A DNA stretch of 64,000 bases from Clostridia bacterium (GTDB taxonomy: Bacteria > Bacillota > Clostridia > Christensenellales > CAG-138), in the NCBI GenBank assembly GCA_017524445.1, contig JAFXVP010000009.1, forward strand, positions 28,702-92,701, written 5' to 3'. A program made the position numbers and the translations under genes. Position 1 is the first letter of the stretch. The number at the start of each line of letters is the position of its first letter. A model generated the notes under the pieces. It searched no databases. It had not been told where the DNA came from and worked only from the letters and a program-made list of their open reading frames with translations. Of the stretch, positions 51,601 through 59,974 are shown piece after piece.

Positions 51601-53946
51601 ATGACGCTGCGGGAACTGAAGCCGGGAGAATCCGCGATCGTGGAAACGGTCGGCGGCGAAGGGGCTTTGAGACAGCATTTTCTGGACATGGGCGTGATCC
51701 CCGGCGCAGGGATGACGCTTGAAAAGCTTGCGCCGATGGGCGATCCGATGGAGTTTCGCATCCACGGCTATGAGCTGACGCTGCGCGTCGCGGACGCGGA
51801 AAAGATCGGCGTCCGCCGTGTCGACGAAACGCCCGCCGCGCCGAAGGCAAGAAACCTGCGCATGCGCGAGCACCCCGGTCTCGGCGAAACGGGCCGGTTC
51901 CACATCAAGGAGACCGAAACGCCTTTGAAGAAGGGCACGAAGCTGACCTTCGCGCTTGCGGGCAATCAGAACTGCGGCAAGACGACGCTTTTCAATCAGC
52001 TCACCGGCGCGAATCAGCACGTCGGCAACTTCCCGGGCGTGACGGTCGACCGCAAGGGCGGCGCGATCCGCAACCATCCGAACACGGAGATCACCGACCT
52101 GCCCGGCATCTATTCCCTGTCCCCGTACTCCGACGAGGAGCGCGTCTCCCGCCGGTTCATTCTCAACGAAAAGCCCACGGGCATCATCAATATCGTCGAC
52201 GCGACGAACATCGAGCGCAACCTGTACCTCACGATGCAGCTCATGGAGCTGGACGTGCCGATGGTGCTTGCGCTGAACATGATGGACGAAGTGCGCGGAA
52301 ACGGCGGCTCGATTCGCATCAACGACATGGAATCGCTCCTCGGCATTCCGGTCATTCCGATCTCGGCGGCCAAGAACGAGGGCGTCGACGAGCTCGTCGC
52401 GCACGCCCTTCACGTCGCGCAGTATCAGGAAAAGCCGACGCGCACCGACTTCTGCGACAAGGACGCGCACGGCGGCGCGGTGCACCGCTGTCTGCACGGC
52501 ATCATGCACCTCATCGAGGACCACGCGAAGGCCGCGGGCATCCCCCTGCGCTTTGCGGCAAGCAAGCTCGTCGAGGGCGACCCGTACGTGACCGAGGCGC
52601 TGAAACTGAGTGAAAACGAGCGCGACATGGTAGAGCACATCATCTGTCAGATGGAGGAGGAGCGCGGGCTGGACCGCGCCGCCGCCATCGCCGACATGCG
52701 GTTCTCGTTCATCAAAAAGCTGTGCGATCAGGCGGTTATTAAGCCGCACGAAAGCAAGGAGCACAGGCGGAGCCGCCGCATCGACAAAATTCTCACCGGC
52801 AAGTGGACCGCGATCCCGGTGTTTCTCGCGATCATGGGGCTCGTGTTCTTTCTGACGTTCCATGTGATCGGCGCGGGACTGCAGCAGCTTTTGGAAATGG
52901 GCATCGACGCGCTGACAAGCCTCGTCGATTCCGCGCTTTCCGCATGGGGCGTCAGCCGCGTGCTGCACTCGCTGATCATCGACGGCGTCTTTACCGGCGT
53001 GGGAAGCGTTTTAAGCTTTCTTCCGATCATCATCGTTCTGTTCTTCTTCCTTTCGCTTTTGGAGGACACCGGTTACATGGCGCGCGTCGCGTTTGTCATG
53101 GATAAGCTTTTACGTAAGATCGGGCTTTCGGGCCGCAGCATCGTGCCGATGCTGATCGGCTTCGGCTGCACCGTGCCGGGCGTCATGGCAAGCCGCACGC
53201 TGCCAAGTGCCCGCGACCGCAAGCTTACGATCCTTCTGACGCCGTTTATGAGCTGCTCGGCGAAGCTGCCGATCTACGCGTTCTTCTCCGCGGCGTTCTT
53301 CCCGAAATATGCCGCGCTCGTGATGGTGGGGCTGTATGTGCTCGGCATCCTCACGGGCATTCTCTTCGCGCTTCTTTCGAAGGGCACGCTCTTTAAGGGC
53401 GAGGCGGTCCCGTTCGTCATGGAGCTGCCGAACTACCGTCTGCCCGGTGTGAAAAACGTCCTCCGGCTCCTTTGGGACAAGGCGAAGGACTTCCTTTCCC
53501 GCGCGTTTACGATCATCCTCATTGCAACCGTGGTCATCTGGTTTCTCCAGACGTTCGATTTCCGGCTGAATGTGGTATCCAATCAGCACGATTCGATCCT
53601 CGCCGTCGTCGCGGGCTTCATCGCGCCGATCTTCAAGCCCCTCGGCTTCGGCGACTGGCGCATGTCCACCGCGCTCATCGCGGGCTTTTTGGCAAAGGAG
53701 AGCGTGGTTTCCACGGTGAACGTCCTGTTCGGCTCGGAAGCGGCTGTGCTCGGGACGCTGACGCCGCTTGCGGCGCTGTCGTTTTTAGTGTTCTGCCTTC
53801 TGTATACGCCGTGCGTGGCGGCGATCGCTTCGATCCGGCGCGAGCTCGGCAGGGGCTGGGCGGCGCTCGTTGTGCTGTTCCAGTGCGCGGTCGCGTGGGT
53901 GGTCGCGTTTCTCGTGCATTTCATCGGCGGAGGGTTCCGTCTATGA
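51601..53946 (+). CDS. feoB: Ferrous iron transporter, FeoA-FeoB fusion
   Basis: N-terminal FeoA SH3-like domain (LRELKPGESAIVETV..GVIPGAGMTLEK..), linker, G domain ALAGNQNCGKTTLFNQLTG, polytopic permease. Start at 51601 after GGAGGGG. Confidence 0.9.
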   Translation: MTLRELKPGESAIVETVGGEGALRQHFLDMGVIPGAGMTLEKLAPMGDPMEFRIHGYELTLRVADAEKIGVRRVDETPAAPKARNLRMREHPGLGETGRFHIKETETPLKKGTKLTFALAGNQNCGKTTLFNQLTGANQHVGNFPGVTVDRKGGAIRNHPNTEITDLPGIYSLSPYSDEERVSRRFILNEKPTGIINIVDATNIERNLYLTMQLMELDVPMVLALNMMDEVRGNGGSIRINDMESLLGIPVIPISAAKNEGVDELVAHALHVAQYQEKPTRTDFCDKDAHGGAVHRCLHGIMHLIEDHAKAAGIPLRFAASKLVEGDPYVTEALKLSENERDMVEHIICQMEEERGLDRAAAIADMRFSFIKKLCDQAVIKPHESKEHRRSRRIDKILTGKWTAIPVFLAIMGLVFFLTFHVIGAGLQQLLEMGIDALTSLVDSALSAWGVSRVLHSLIIDGVFTGVGSVLSFLPIIIVLFFFLSLLEDTGYMARVAFVMDKLLRKIGLSGRSIVPMLIGFGCTVPGVMASRTLPSARDRKLTILLTPFMSCSAKLPIYAFFSAAFFPKYAALVMVGLYVLGILTGILFALLSKGTLFKGEAVPFVMELPNYRLPGVKNVLRLLWDKAKDFLSRAFTIILIATVVIWFLQTFDFRLNVVSNQHDSILAVVAGFIAPIFKPLGFGDWRMSTALIAGFLAKESVVSTVNVLFGSEAAVLGTLTPLAALSFLVFCLLYTPCVAAIASIRRELGRGWAALVVLFQCAVAWVVAFLVHFIGGGFRL

Positions 53947-54101
53947 GGACCGTCGACGGGATCGTCTTAGGCGCGGTGATGCTGATCGTCGCGCTCGCGG
54001 CGTTCTTTGCCGTGCGCCGCAAAAAACGCGGAAGCTGCTGCGGGGACTGCTGCGCCTGCTCCGAAAAAGGGCATTGCAGGGACTCGCAAGATCAGGGCTG
54101 A
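53943..54101 (+). CDS. FeoB-associated Cys-rich membrane protein (52 aa)
   Basis: ATGA overlap with the feoB stop. TM helix IVLGAVMLIVALAAFFAV, then RRKKRGSCCGDCCACSEKGHC. Confidence 0.75.
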   Translation: MRTVDGIVLGAVMLIVALAAFFAVRRKKRGSCCGDCCACSEKGHCRDSQDQG

Positions 54102-54156
54102 CAAATCACGCAAAGCGTGGTATACTGATAGAAATCCGGCGAAGGGAGGAAGCGGA

Positions 54157-54972
54157 ATGAAAAAAAGCGGTACGGCGGTACGCATCGTGACGGGGCTTTC
54201 CCTGCTCGCGCTTTTAGGGGTATGCATGTACCTCGGTCCGGTCGCGCGGCTTTGCTTCTTCTACGTGTTTATCTGGTTTGCCGCGCGCGAAATGTCCGAC
54301 GCGCTGAACCACATGGGCTTTCTGACCTCGCCGTGGATGGCGCGGGCGCTGGCGTTCGCGATGTGCGTGCTGTTTTATTTCCGGGACGAGACCGTGTTCT
54401 ACATTACCGCCGCAAGTATCGTGATCATGCTGGCGCTGCTTGCCGCGCTGTTTCGGAAGACCTCCATGCGCGACGTGCTCGGCTCCTGCATCATCTGCTT
54501 CTATCCGACGCTGTTTCTATTGGGCTATGCGTACCTTTCCGTGCAGCCGGAAACGATCTTCTGGCCTGTGCTGCTCATCACGCTGATCTCCGCAGCAGGC
54601 TGCGACACGTTCGCGTACTTCCTCGGCCGCGCGTTCGGCAGGCATAAACTCTGCCCGTCGATCAGCCCGCACAAGACCGTCGAGGGCTCGCTTTTCGGAA
54701 CGCTGTGCGGCACCGCGCTGAGTTTGCTCGCGTGGCTTCTCCTCAAGGACTTCGCGCCGATCCCGTGGTACGTGTACGTCGTCACGGCGTTCTTCTGCAC
54801 GATCGCGGGACAGCTCGGCGACCTTACCGCCTCCATGATCAAGCGGCAGGCGGGCATCAAGGACTTTTCGGACCTACTGCCGGGGCACGGCGGCGTGATC
54901 GATCGCATCGACAGCTTCTGCTTCGCCCTGCCGGTGGCGTTCTTCGCGCTCGCGCTGTTCCACGCGACGTGA
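54157..54972 (+). CDS. cdsA: Phosphatidate cytidylyltransferase
   Basis: Signature SMIKRQAGIKDFSDLLPGHGGVIDRID. Polytopic. ATG at 54157 after GGGAGGAAG. Confidence 0.9.
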   Translation: MKKSGTAVRIVTGLSLLALLGVCMYLGPVARLCFFYVFIWFAAREMSDALNHMGFLTSPWMARALAFAMCVLFYFRDETVFYITAASIVIMLALLAALFRKTSMRDVLGSCIICFYPTLFLLGYAYLSVQPETIFWPVLLITLISAAGCDTFAYFLGRAFGRHKLCPSISPHKTVEGSLFGTLCGTALSLLAWLLLKDFAPIPWYVYVVTAFFCTIAGQLGDLTASMIKRQAGIKDFSDLLPGHGGVIDRIDSFCFALPVAFFALALFHAT

Positions 54973-54974
54973 TA

Positions 54975-55115
54975 ATTCGGTCTGTTGAAATTCTTTCAAC
55001 AGACCGGGTTCTCAGGACCGCCTAAAATGCTCCGCATTTTGCGAGCGGCGGTCCTGCAAGGAGTAAAATCCGCCGCGCATGTCGCCGGATTTTCCGGATT
55101 GATTTGATTGTGTTG
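54975..55115 (+). repeat. Mosaic terminator-like repeat element, copy 2
   Basis: Starts 2 nt after the cdsA stop: CGGTCTGTTGAAATTCTTTCAACAGACCG, CAGGACCGCC..GGCGGTCCTG, AAAATCCG-CCGCGCATGTCGC-CGGATTTT (55065-55093), GATTGATTTGATTG. Confidence 0.85.
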
Positions 55116-55255
55116 CATGATCGCTCTCCCCCGCGCTTGAGGGGAATTTTTGTTTTTTGGGCGAATCGGAACGAGCTGACGCAGGAATGTATACTTGCAT
55201 TCCGGGACCGCGTATGATACACTAAACAGGCATTGCGGAGAGAAGGGAGAATTCT

Positions 55256-56215
55256 ATGAAACGATTTCTGTTATGGGCAGGCGTCGTGATCGGTGCGTCG
55301 ACGATCGGCGTGCTGCTGTTTCTGATCTTTTCTACCTGCGTATTCGGCAACCACGTGTATGCGCTCGCGACCTGCACCGAGCCCGAGACCTGCGAACGCT
55401 GCGGAGAAACGCGCGGCGAACCGCTCGGTCACGTTTACACCGAAGCGACCTGCACGGAGCCGTCTGTCTGCCTGCGCTGCGGCGAGCATCACGCCGACGC
55501 GCTCGGGCACGAATGGCTTCCCGTGACCTGCACCGAGCCTGAGATCTGCGCACGCTGCGGAACGACGCAGGGCGAACCGCTCGGCCACAAGATGACCGAC
55601 GCGACTTATCAGGCGCCTGCGACCTGCACGCGCTGCGGCCATACGGAAGGTGAACCGCTGACCCCCGCGCTTGCGGAATACACGATCAACGAGCTGACGG
55701 TGGGCGAGCCCGTGCCGTACACGACCGCATCCATTGCGGACCATGCCGTCGACGTGACCGGCACCGCCGAGATCACGGACTATCGCGTGATCGACGGCGA
55801 CGAGATCTTCCCTGCGCGTGAGGGATACGAATGGCATGTTGCGACGATCCGGCTGGTCTTTTCCGGCGAGGACGCGCAGCAAAACGGCGCACAGAGCGCT
55901 TACACCTTCGGCGATTACTATATCCTTGACGATTCCATCTCCGGACACGCGGATGAAAACGGCATGCGCACGTTTGCCGCCGACTGGTACGGTATGCGCG
56001 TGAAATGCTGGCAGAAGACCGGCGAGACCGTTGAAAACGACTGGTACGGGCAGGAGCTTCGCTTCACCTGGGAAGAGGGCGTTCTGGTGCCGAAGGGCTA
56101 CGACGGCGTGCTTCTGATCCTCTTCAATTTCCGCCAGGCGGAGGACGCGACGCGGCTGTACCTGCCCGCAAGCGACGTGCTGGACGAGGAAGCGCTCGTG
56201 TTCCGTATGAAATGA
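55256..56215 (+). CDS. Membrane-anchored protein with four Cys-rich ATCTEP..C.RCG...GEPLGH repeats and a C-terminal beta-rich domain
   Basis: TM segment LLWAGVVIGASTIGVLLFLIF. Four ~26-aa repeats between residues ~30 and 135. Confidence 0.65.
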   Translation: MKRFLLWAGVVIGASTIGVLLFLIFSTCVFGNHVYALATCTEPETCERCGETRGEPLGHVYTEATCTEPSVCLRCGEHHADALGHEWLPVTCTEPEICARCGTTQGEPLGHKMTDATYQAPATCTRCGHTEGEPLTPALAEYTINELTVGEPVPYTTASIADHAVDVTGTAEITDYRVIDGDEIFPAREGYEWHVATIRLVFSGEDAQQNGAQSAYTFGDYYILDDSISGHADENGMRTFAADWYGMRVKCWQKTGETVENDWYGQELRFTWEEGVLVPKGYDGVLLILFNFRQAEDATRLYLPASDVLDEEALVFRMK

Positions 56216-56446
56216 TTCGGTTCGTTGAAGAATTCTTCAACGAACCGGGTTTGCAGCTTTCTCCTAAAGCGCAGAGCGCTTTCGGGCGGCGAAAGCTGAA
56301 AGGTGTCAAATTCACCGCGCATGTCGCTGAATTTGACATTTTTTATTTACCGCTTTTCTTCCGGCGCTTCCGTGCGCGCGTTTACAACGCGCTTGTGCTG
56401 CCCGATTCGCGAAACTGCTCCGCAAAAGCCGAATGATTGATTTGAT
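56216..56446 (+). repeat. Mosaic terminator-like repeat element, copy 3
   Basis: Starts at the first nt after the stop: CGGTTCGTTGAAGAATTCTTCAACGAACCG, CAGCTTTC..GAAAGCTG, GTCAAATTCACCGCGCATGTCGCTGAATTTGAC (56305-56337), GCGCGTTTACAACGCGC, GAATGATTGATTTGAT. Confidence 0.85.
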
Positions 56447-56450
56447 CCCG

Positions 56451-56473
56451 GCGGCTTATCAAGCCGCTTTTTA
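56451..56473 (+). terminator. Rho-independent terminator candidate
   Basis: GCGGCTT-ATC-AAGCCGC followed by TTTTTA. Overlaps the stop of the convergent ParB-like gene. Confidence 0.5.
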
Positions 56474-57289
56474 TGTCCGTACGCGGATCAGAAGATCTAC
56501 GCCGTCGTCGCGGCGGGTCTCCGTGAGCTCCGCGGTCACGCCCGTGCCCTCGAGCTGCCCGATGCAGTCGCGGACGCTGTTGACGAACAGACGGCAGTCC
56601 CGCGAAAACCGCAAAATCCGCATCGGCGCCGCGCCGGCGGTCTTGTTGAGCGTATCGACGAGCCGTTCCGCGGCGGGTCCCGTCATTTTGCGACGTTCGA
56701 TGAGATCGAGCGCCTGCTGCTGACACTCGCCGTCGGGAAGCCGCAGCAGCGCGCGGGCATGGCGCTCCGAAAGCCCGCCCGTCCTGAGCCGCGCGCGGGT
56801 CTCCTTCGGCAGTTCCAGAAGCCGCAGACGCGCCGAAAGATACGTTTCGTCCTTGCCGAGCATCGTAATTAGCTGCTCCTCCGAAAACGCGCTCGCGTCG
56901 AGAAGGGTCTTCAAGCGCTCCGCCTCTTCGAGATAATGCAGCGGACGGCGCTGGAGGTTTTCGGATAGCGCGAGGATCGCGCAGCGCTCCTCCCCCGCCT
57001 GCATGACGACGCACGGGATCTCCCTGTGTCCCAAAAGCCGGCACGCGCGAAGCCGCCGCTCCCCCGCAATGAGCTCGTACCCCTCCGGAAGCTTTCGCAC
57101 GACGAGCGGTTCGATGAGCCCGACCTGCGCAATGCTGATCATCAGCTCGGTAAGCGCGGCGCGGTCGACGGATTTACGCAGACGGTCCTTTGCCGTTTTG
57201 ATCTCCTCGGTCGGCAAAAGCAGAAGCTTCCGGTCCGGGTCGATCTTTGCGGGCGCGTTCAGAAGACCCTGTTGAAACGAATACAGCAT
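56471..57289 (-). CDS. ParB/Spo0J/Noc-family protein (orphan, no adjacent parA)
   Basis: Start MLYSFQQGLL at 57289 after AAAGGAG. ParB box IAGERRLRACRLLG, HTH region LSERHARALLRL, distinct C-terminal domain. Confidence 0.75.
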   Translation of the reverse strand: MLYSFQQGLLNAPAKIDPDRKLLLLPTEEIKTAKDRLRKSVDRAALTELMISIAQVGLIEPLVVRKLPEGYELIAGERRLRACRLLGHREIPCVVMQAGEERCAILALSENLQRRPLHYLEEAERLKTLLDASAFSEEQLITMLGKDETYLSARLRLLELPKETRARLRTGGLSERHARALLRLPDGECQQQALDLIERRKMTGPAAERLVDTLNKTAGAAPMRILRFSRDCRLFVNSVRDCIGQLEGTGVTAELTETRRDDGVDLLIRVRT

Positions 57290-57405
57290 ATGCGTCTCCT
57301 TTCCGACCGTCAGTATACGGCGCGGCGCGTGTCGAAAGAAAGGCAGCGGACAAACATAGAAAAAAAGCTGCAAAAATCGTGCGGAACCGGCTTGAAAAAA
57401 AGGTG

Positions 57406-57433
57406 TTGCAAAATCAAAAACATTTGTTATAAT
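57406..57433 (+). promoter_or_regulatory. sigma-A-type promoter TTGCAA-16-TATAAT with TGT extension
   Basis: TTGCAA at 57406-57411 and TGTTATAAT ending at 57433, upstream of the ferredoxin gene. Confidence 0.65.
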
Positions 57434-57465
57434 GAGGGTGAAATCTTTATGAGGAGGTACAAACA

Positions 57466-57636
57466 ATGGCATACAAAATTACGGATGAATGCATCTCCTG
57501 CGGCGCATGCGCGGCAGAGTGCCCGGTAGAGGCGATCTCTGAGGGCGACGGCAAGTACGAGATCAACCCCGATCTTTGCATCGAGTGCGGCAACTGCGCA
57601 GAGGTCTGCCCGATGGGCGCACCGAAAGCGGAATAA
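57466..57636 (+). CDS. 2x[4Fe-4S] ferredoxin (56 aa; absent from the ORF track because under 60 aa)
   Basis: My translation: MAYKITDECISCGACAAECPVEAISEGDGKYEINPDLCIECGNCAEVCPMGAPKAE, with two CxxCxxCxxxCP motifs. GAGGAGG SD. Confidence 0.9.
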   Translation: MAYKITDECISCGACAAECPVEAISEGDGKYEINPDLCIECGNCAEVCPMGAPKAE

Positions 57637-57652
57637 TCAACAATCGACAAAA

Positions 57653-57685
57653 GAACGGCTCCGGGAAACCGGAGCTGTTTTTTTC
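57653..57685 (+). terminator. Rho-independent terminator
   Basis: ACGGCTCCGG-GAAA-CCGGAGCTGTTTTTTT. Confidence 0.8.
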
Positions 57686-57694
57686 AAAAAACGC

Positions 57695-57725
57695 TTGACT
57701 TTTACCTAACGTAAAACGGCATACT
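57695..57725 (+). promoter_or_regulatory. MerR-type promoter: TTGACT-19-CATACT with inverted repeat TTTTAC-N5-GTAAAA in the spacer
   Basis: -35 at 57695-57700, 19-nt spacer, -10 at 57720-57725. Dyad at 57700-57716. Confidence 0.6.
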
Positions 57726-57748
57726 GTCCTCAAAGGAGGCGAATTACA

Positions 57749-59062
57749 ATGAAGATCAAAGAGGTTTGCGAGCGGACCGGTCTGACCGACCGTGCCGTGC
57801 GGCATTATATTGAGGAAAAACTGATCGCACCGGAGTATTCCGAGAACTATCTCGGACGAAAGACCTTCTATTTTACGGAAGCGGACGTACGGACGCTTCT
57901 GGATATCGCCGTGCTGCGCAGGATCGGATTCTCCGTGCCGGATATCCGCGCCATCGAAAACGACCCGAACAGCAGCACCGCGCGGATCGACGCGCTGAGA
58001 AAGCAAAAGCAGAACATGATCTCGACCGAGCAGGCGTGTCTTGACGCGCTGAACACGCTGGAAAACCGTTCCTATTCGCTTGAAGACCTTGCAAGCACGC
58101 TCCGTCAGTCGGCTGCAAAAAAGCCGCTGCCGAATGAGGATTCGCGCGTCACCGCAAAGACGGTCCTGAAACGGATCGGTCTGATCCTTTGGAACACGGT
58201 CCGTTTCATCCTCACGGCGTTTTTTCTGCTTGTTCCGTTTTCCTGGCTTTTGCACAATATGTACAGCCGCTGGAACGGACAGTATCTTTATCCGCATCTG
58301 ATCGATTCCCACTATGTCGTTTTTATGACCCTGCTCCCTTCCCTGCTGATCCTTCTGGTTCTGATCATCGACCACGTCTTTGCGCTTCTGAAAAGCAAGT
58401 TCAAAGTCATAGTGTATATCGTAGCTTTTGTCGTCTGCACAAAGCTGATGCTGTTCAGCTTTGGCGGATACGTGTTCGCCGAAACGGAATCCCTGACGAC
58501 GGATATCACCGATTACCGCAATCTGGACAGGGATTGCGCCGCGGAGGGCGATCCATTTTATGAAGCGCTGTTCCCTGCCGATCCCTATGATTATGAATAC
58601 CTGCAGGAAACGGAGGGCAATGGCGCGCAGGAAGCCCGGGCGTCCGATTCCGCTTACCGGTATCGTTGGTATATCCGCGGCGGCGGTCACGTCCGCCGGT
58701 GGGGAAAGCAGGTTTTCTACTACGGCGACGCTATCAATTCCGTTTATGCGGAATGGGAATTGTCTCCGGACCGGTTCGACGCCGAGGTCTCGCGCGTAAC
58801 CGCGCTGTTTGCCGCCGATACGGCGTCCGAGGGCGAATACCGGACAGAAACCGTCGAGAAAAACGGTTGGGTGATTATGCTCCGCTATCGGGGCGACGGT
58901 CCGTTTGCCGAGGAAACGAATCTCACGTACCGCTACTACGTCTTTGCCTGTCGCGCGGAAGATCGTCGGGTGCGGTATCTGTTCTGCGACTGCACGAATT
59001 ATGACACGCGGCAGGATGAAGAGCCGTATGAACAGTCCTTTTACTTGGAACTGGATTGGTAA
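57749..59062 (+). CDS. MerR-family HTH protein fused to a multi-pass membrane region and a large C-terminal domain
   Basis: N-terminus MKIKEVCERTGLTDRAVRHYIEEKLI..FTEADVRTLLDIAVLRRIGFSVPDI (MerR HTH), coiled region, about four hydrophobic segments, then a 200-aa Tyr/Asp/Arg-rich domain. Confidence 0.75.
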   Translation: MKIKEVCERTGLTDRAVRHYIEEKLIAPEYSENYLGRKTFYFTEADVRTLLDIAVLRRIGFSVPDIRAIENDPNSSTARIDALRKQKQNMISTEQACLDALNTLENRSYSLEDLASTLRQSAAKKPLPNEDSRVTAKTVLKRIGLILWNTVRFILTAFFLLVPFSWLLHNMYSRWNGQYLYPHLIDSHYVVFMTLLPSLLILLVLIIDHVFALLKSKFKVIVYIVAFVVCTKLMLFSFGGYVFAETESLTTDITDYRNLDRDCAAEGDPFYEALFPADPYDYEYLQETEGNGAQEARASDSAYRYRWYIRGGGHVRRWGKQVFYYGDAINSVYAEWELSPDRFDAEVSRVTALFAADTASEGEYRTETVEKNGWVIMLRYRGDGPFAEETNLTYRYYVFACRAEDRRVRYLFCDCTNYDTRQDEEPYEQSFYLELDW

Positions 59063-59077
59063 CGGACGTCACGCGCG

Positions 59078-59108
59078 AAACGGCTCTAGGTAACCGGAGC
59101 CGTTTTTT
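59078..59108 (+). terminator. Rho-independent terminator
   Basis: AAACGGCTC-TAGGTAACC-GGAGCCGTTTTTT. Confidence 0.75.
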
Positions 59109-59144
59109 GTTGCGAAAACGCGCAGGATATGCTACCATAACGGT

Positions 59145-59654
59145 ATGAAGCGACTGAGCGAATCGGAAGCAAAAACCGCAAAAAAGCTGCTGCTCCGCTG
59201 TACGGAAGTGCTGCCGGAGGGGTTTCGCGTCGATCTGTCCGTGGATCCGGACGGGTGGGCGGATTTGACGCGCGCTTTGGGATCGAAAAGGTTATGCGCG
59301 TTCGTCGCCGAAACGCTTTCGAAGGCGTACCGGAAGCGGTTTTCGGAGGCGTTTCTGTTCTCCGTCCGCTGCATGACGTTTGAGCTCATGTATCATCTGA
59401 ATGCGTACCTTTGCGTGAAGGGCTATCGCCGCACGCGGCACGTGACCACGCTGCTGTTCAAAAAAGCCATGATCGAGCGCAAATGTTTTTCGATCGAGAT
59501 CGACATGGGCGACGTGTACCGGCTTTCGCAGCGGATGGCGTTCCGCTACTTTTTCGGGATCGACCGCGTGTATAAACGCACCGCGCGCGATCCGTACGCA
59601 AAGAAGCTCGGCGGGCTGTATCTGCGCATTCCGTTTTACCGGTTACGCGGGTAA
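59145..59654 (+). CDS. Basic hypothetical protein (169 aa)
   Basis: Single long ORF between a terminator and the repeat region. No motif recognised. Confidence 0.45.
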   Translation: MKRLSESEAKTAKKLLLRCTEVLPEGFRVDLSVDPDGWADLTRALGSKRLCAFVAETLSKAYRKRFSEAFLFSVRCMTFELMYHLNAYLCVKGYRRTRHVTTLLFKKAMIERKCFSIEIDMGDVYRLSQRMAFRYFFGIDRVYKRTARDPYAKKLGGLYLRIPFYRLRG

Positions 59655-59910
59655 GCGAGCGGACGGGCAATGCCCGTCCCTACCGTCCTGCCACCGCAAG
59701 CGGTCCGGATCACACTCCGCTTCCGCTTCGTTACATAGGAAGATCGCGCGACGAAGGCGTGACGGATGAGGTGGACACGCAGAAAAGAGATAAGCTTTTC
59801 ATGAATCAATGAATTGCGCCGGCGGCGCATGAATTGTCCCTGCGGGACTTAAATTGTCCTTTCGGACATGAATTGGCTTGCGCCGTGAATTGTGCCTGTC
59901 GGCACGGGAA
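59655..59910 (+). repeat. Mosaic hairpin repeat: GGGCA hairpin, CTTCGTTACATAGGAAGATCGCGCG, GATGAGGTG, AAAAG hairpin, five RTGAATTG-hairpin units
   Basis: GGACGGGCAATGCCCGTCC hairpin. Module at 59726-59750. GATGAGGTG at 59765-59773. Units from 59807 to 59905, including ATGAATTGTCCCTGCGGGAC (59829-59848), which is identical to the reverse complement of 8508-8527. Confidence 0.85.
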
Positions 59911-59917
59911 GCGCCGA

Positions 59918-59946
59918 TTGCAATCCGGCGGCGTTTGTGGTATGCT
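59918..59946 (+). promoter_or_regulatory. sigma-A-type promoter TTGCAA-17-TATGCT (TGG extended)
   Basis: TTGCAA at 59918-59923, 17-nt spacer ending TGG, TATGCT at 59941-59946, about 28 nt upstream of the 59975 ATG. Confidence 0.6.
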
Positions 59947-59974
59947 GATTACACTTTGAGAAGGGAGAACGGGC

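Noticed and set aside
50908-52968. Upstream 690 codons of the 949-aa minus-strand ORF (50119-52968)
   Set aside because: Only the last 262 codons (from MRASIEF at 50907) look like a real protein (RsmA). The rest is Arg/Ala/Val-rich and lies antisense to the well-supported feoAB gene and across the intergenic repeats. This is the typical open antisense frame of GC-rich DNA.
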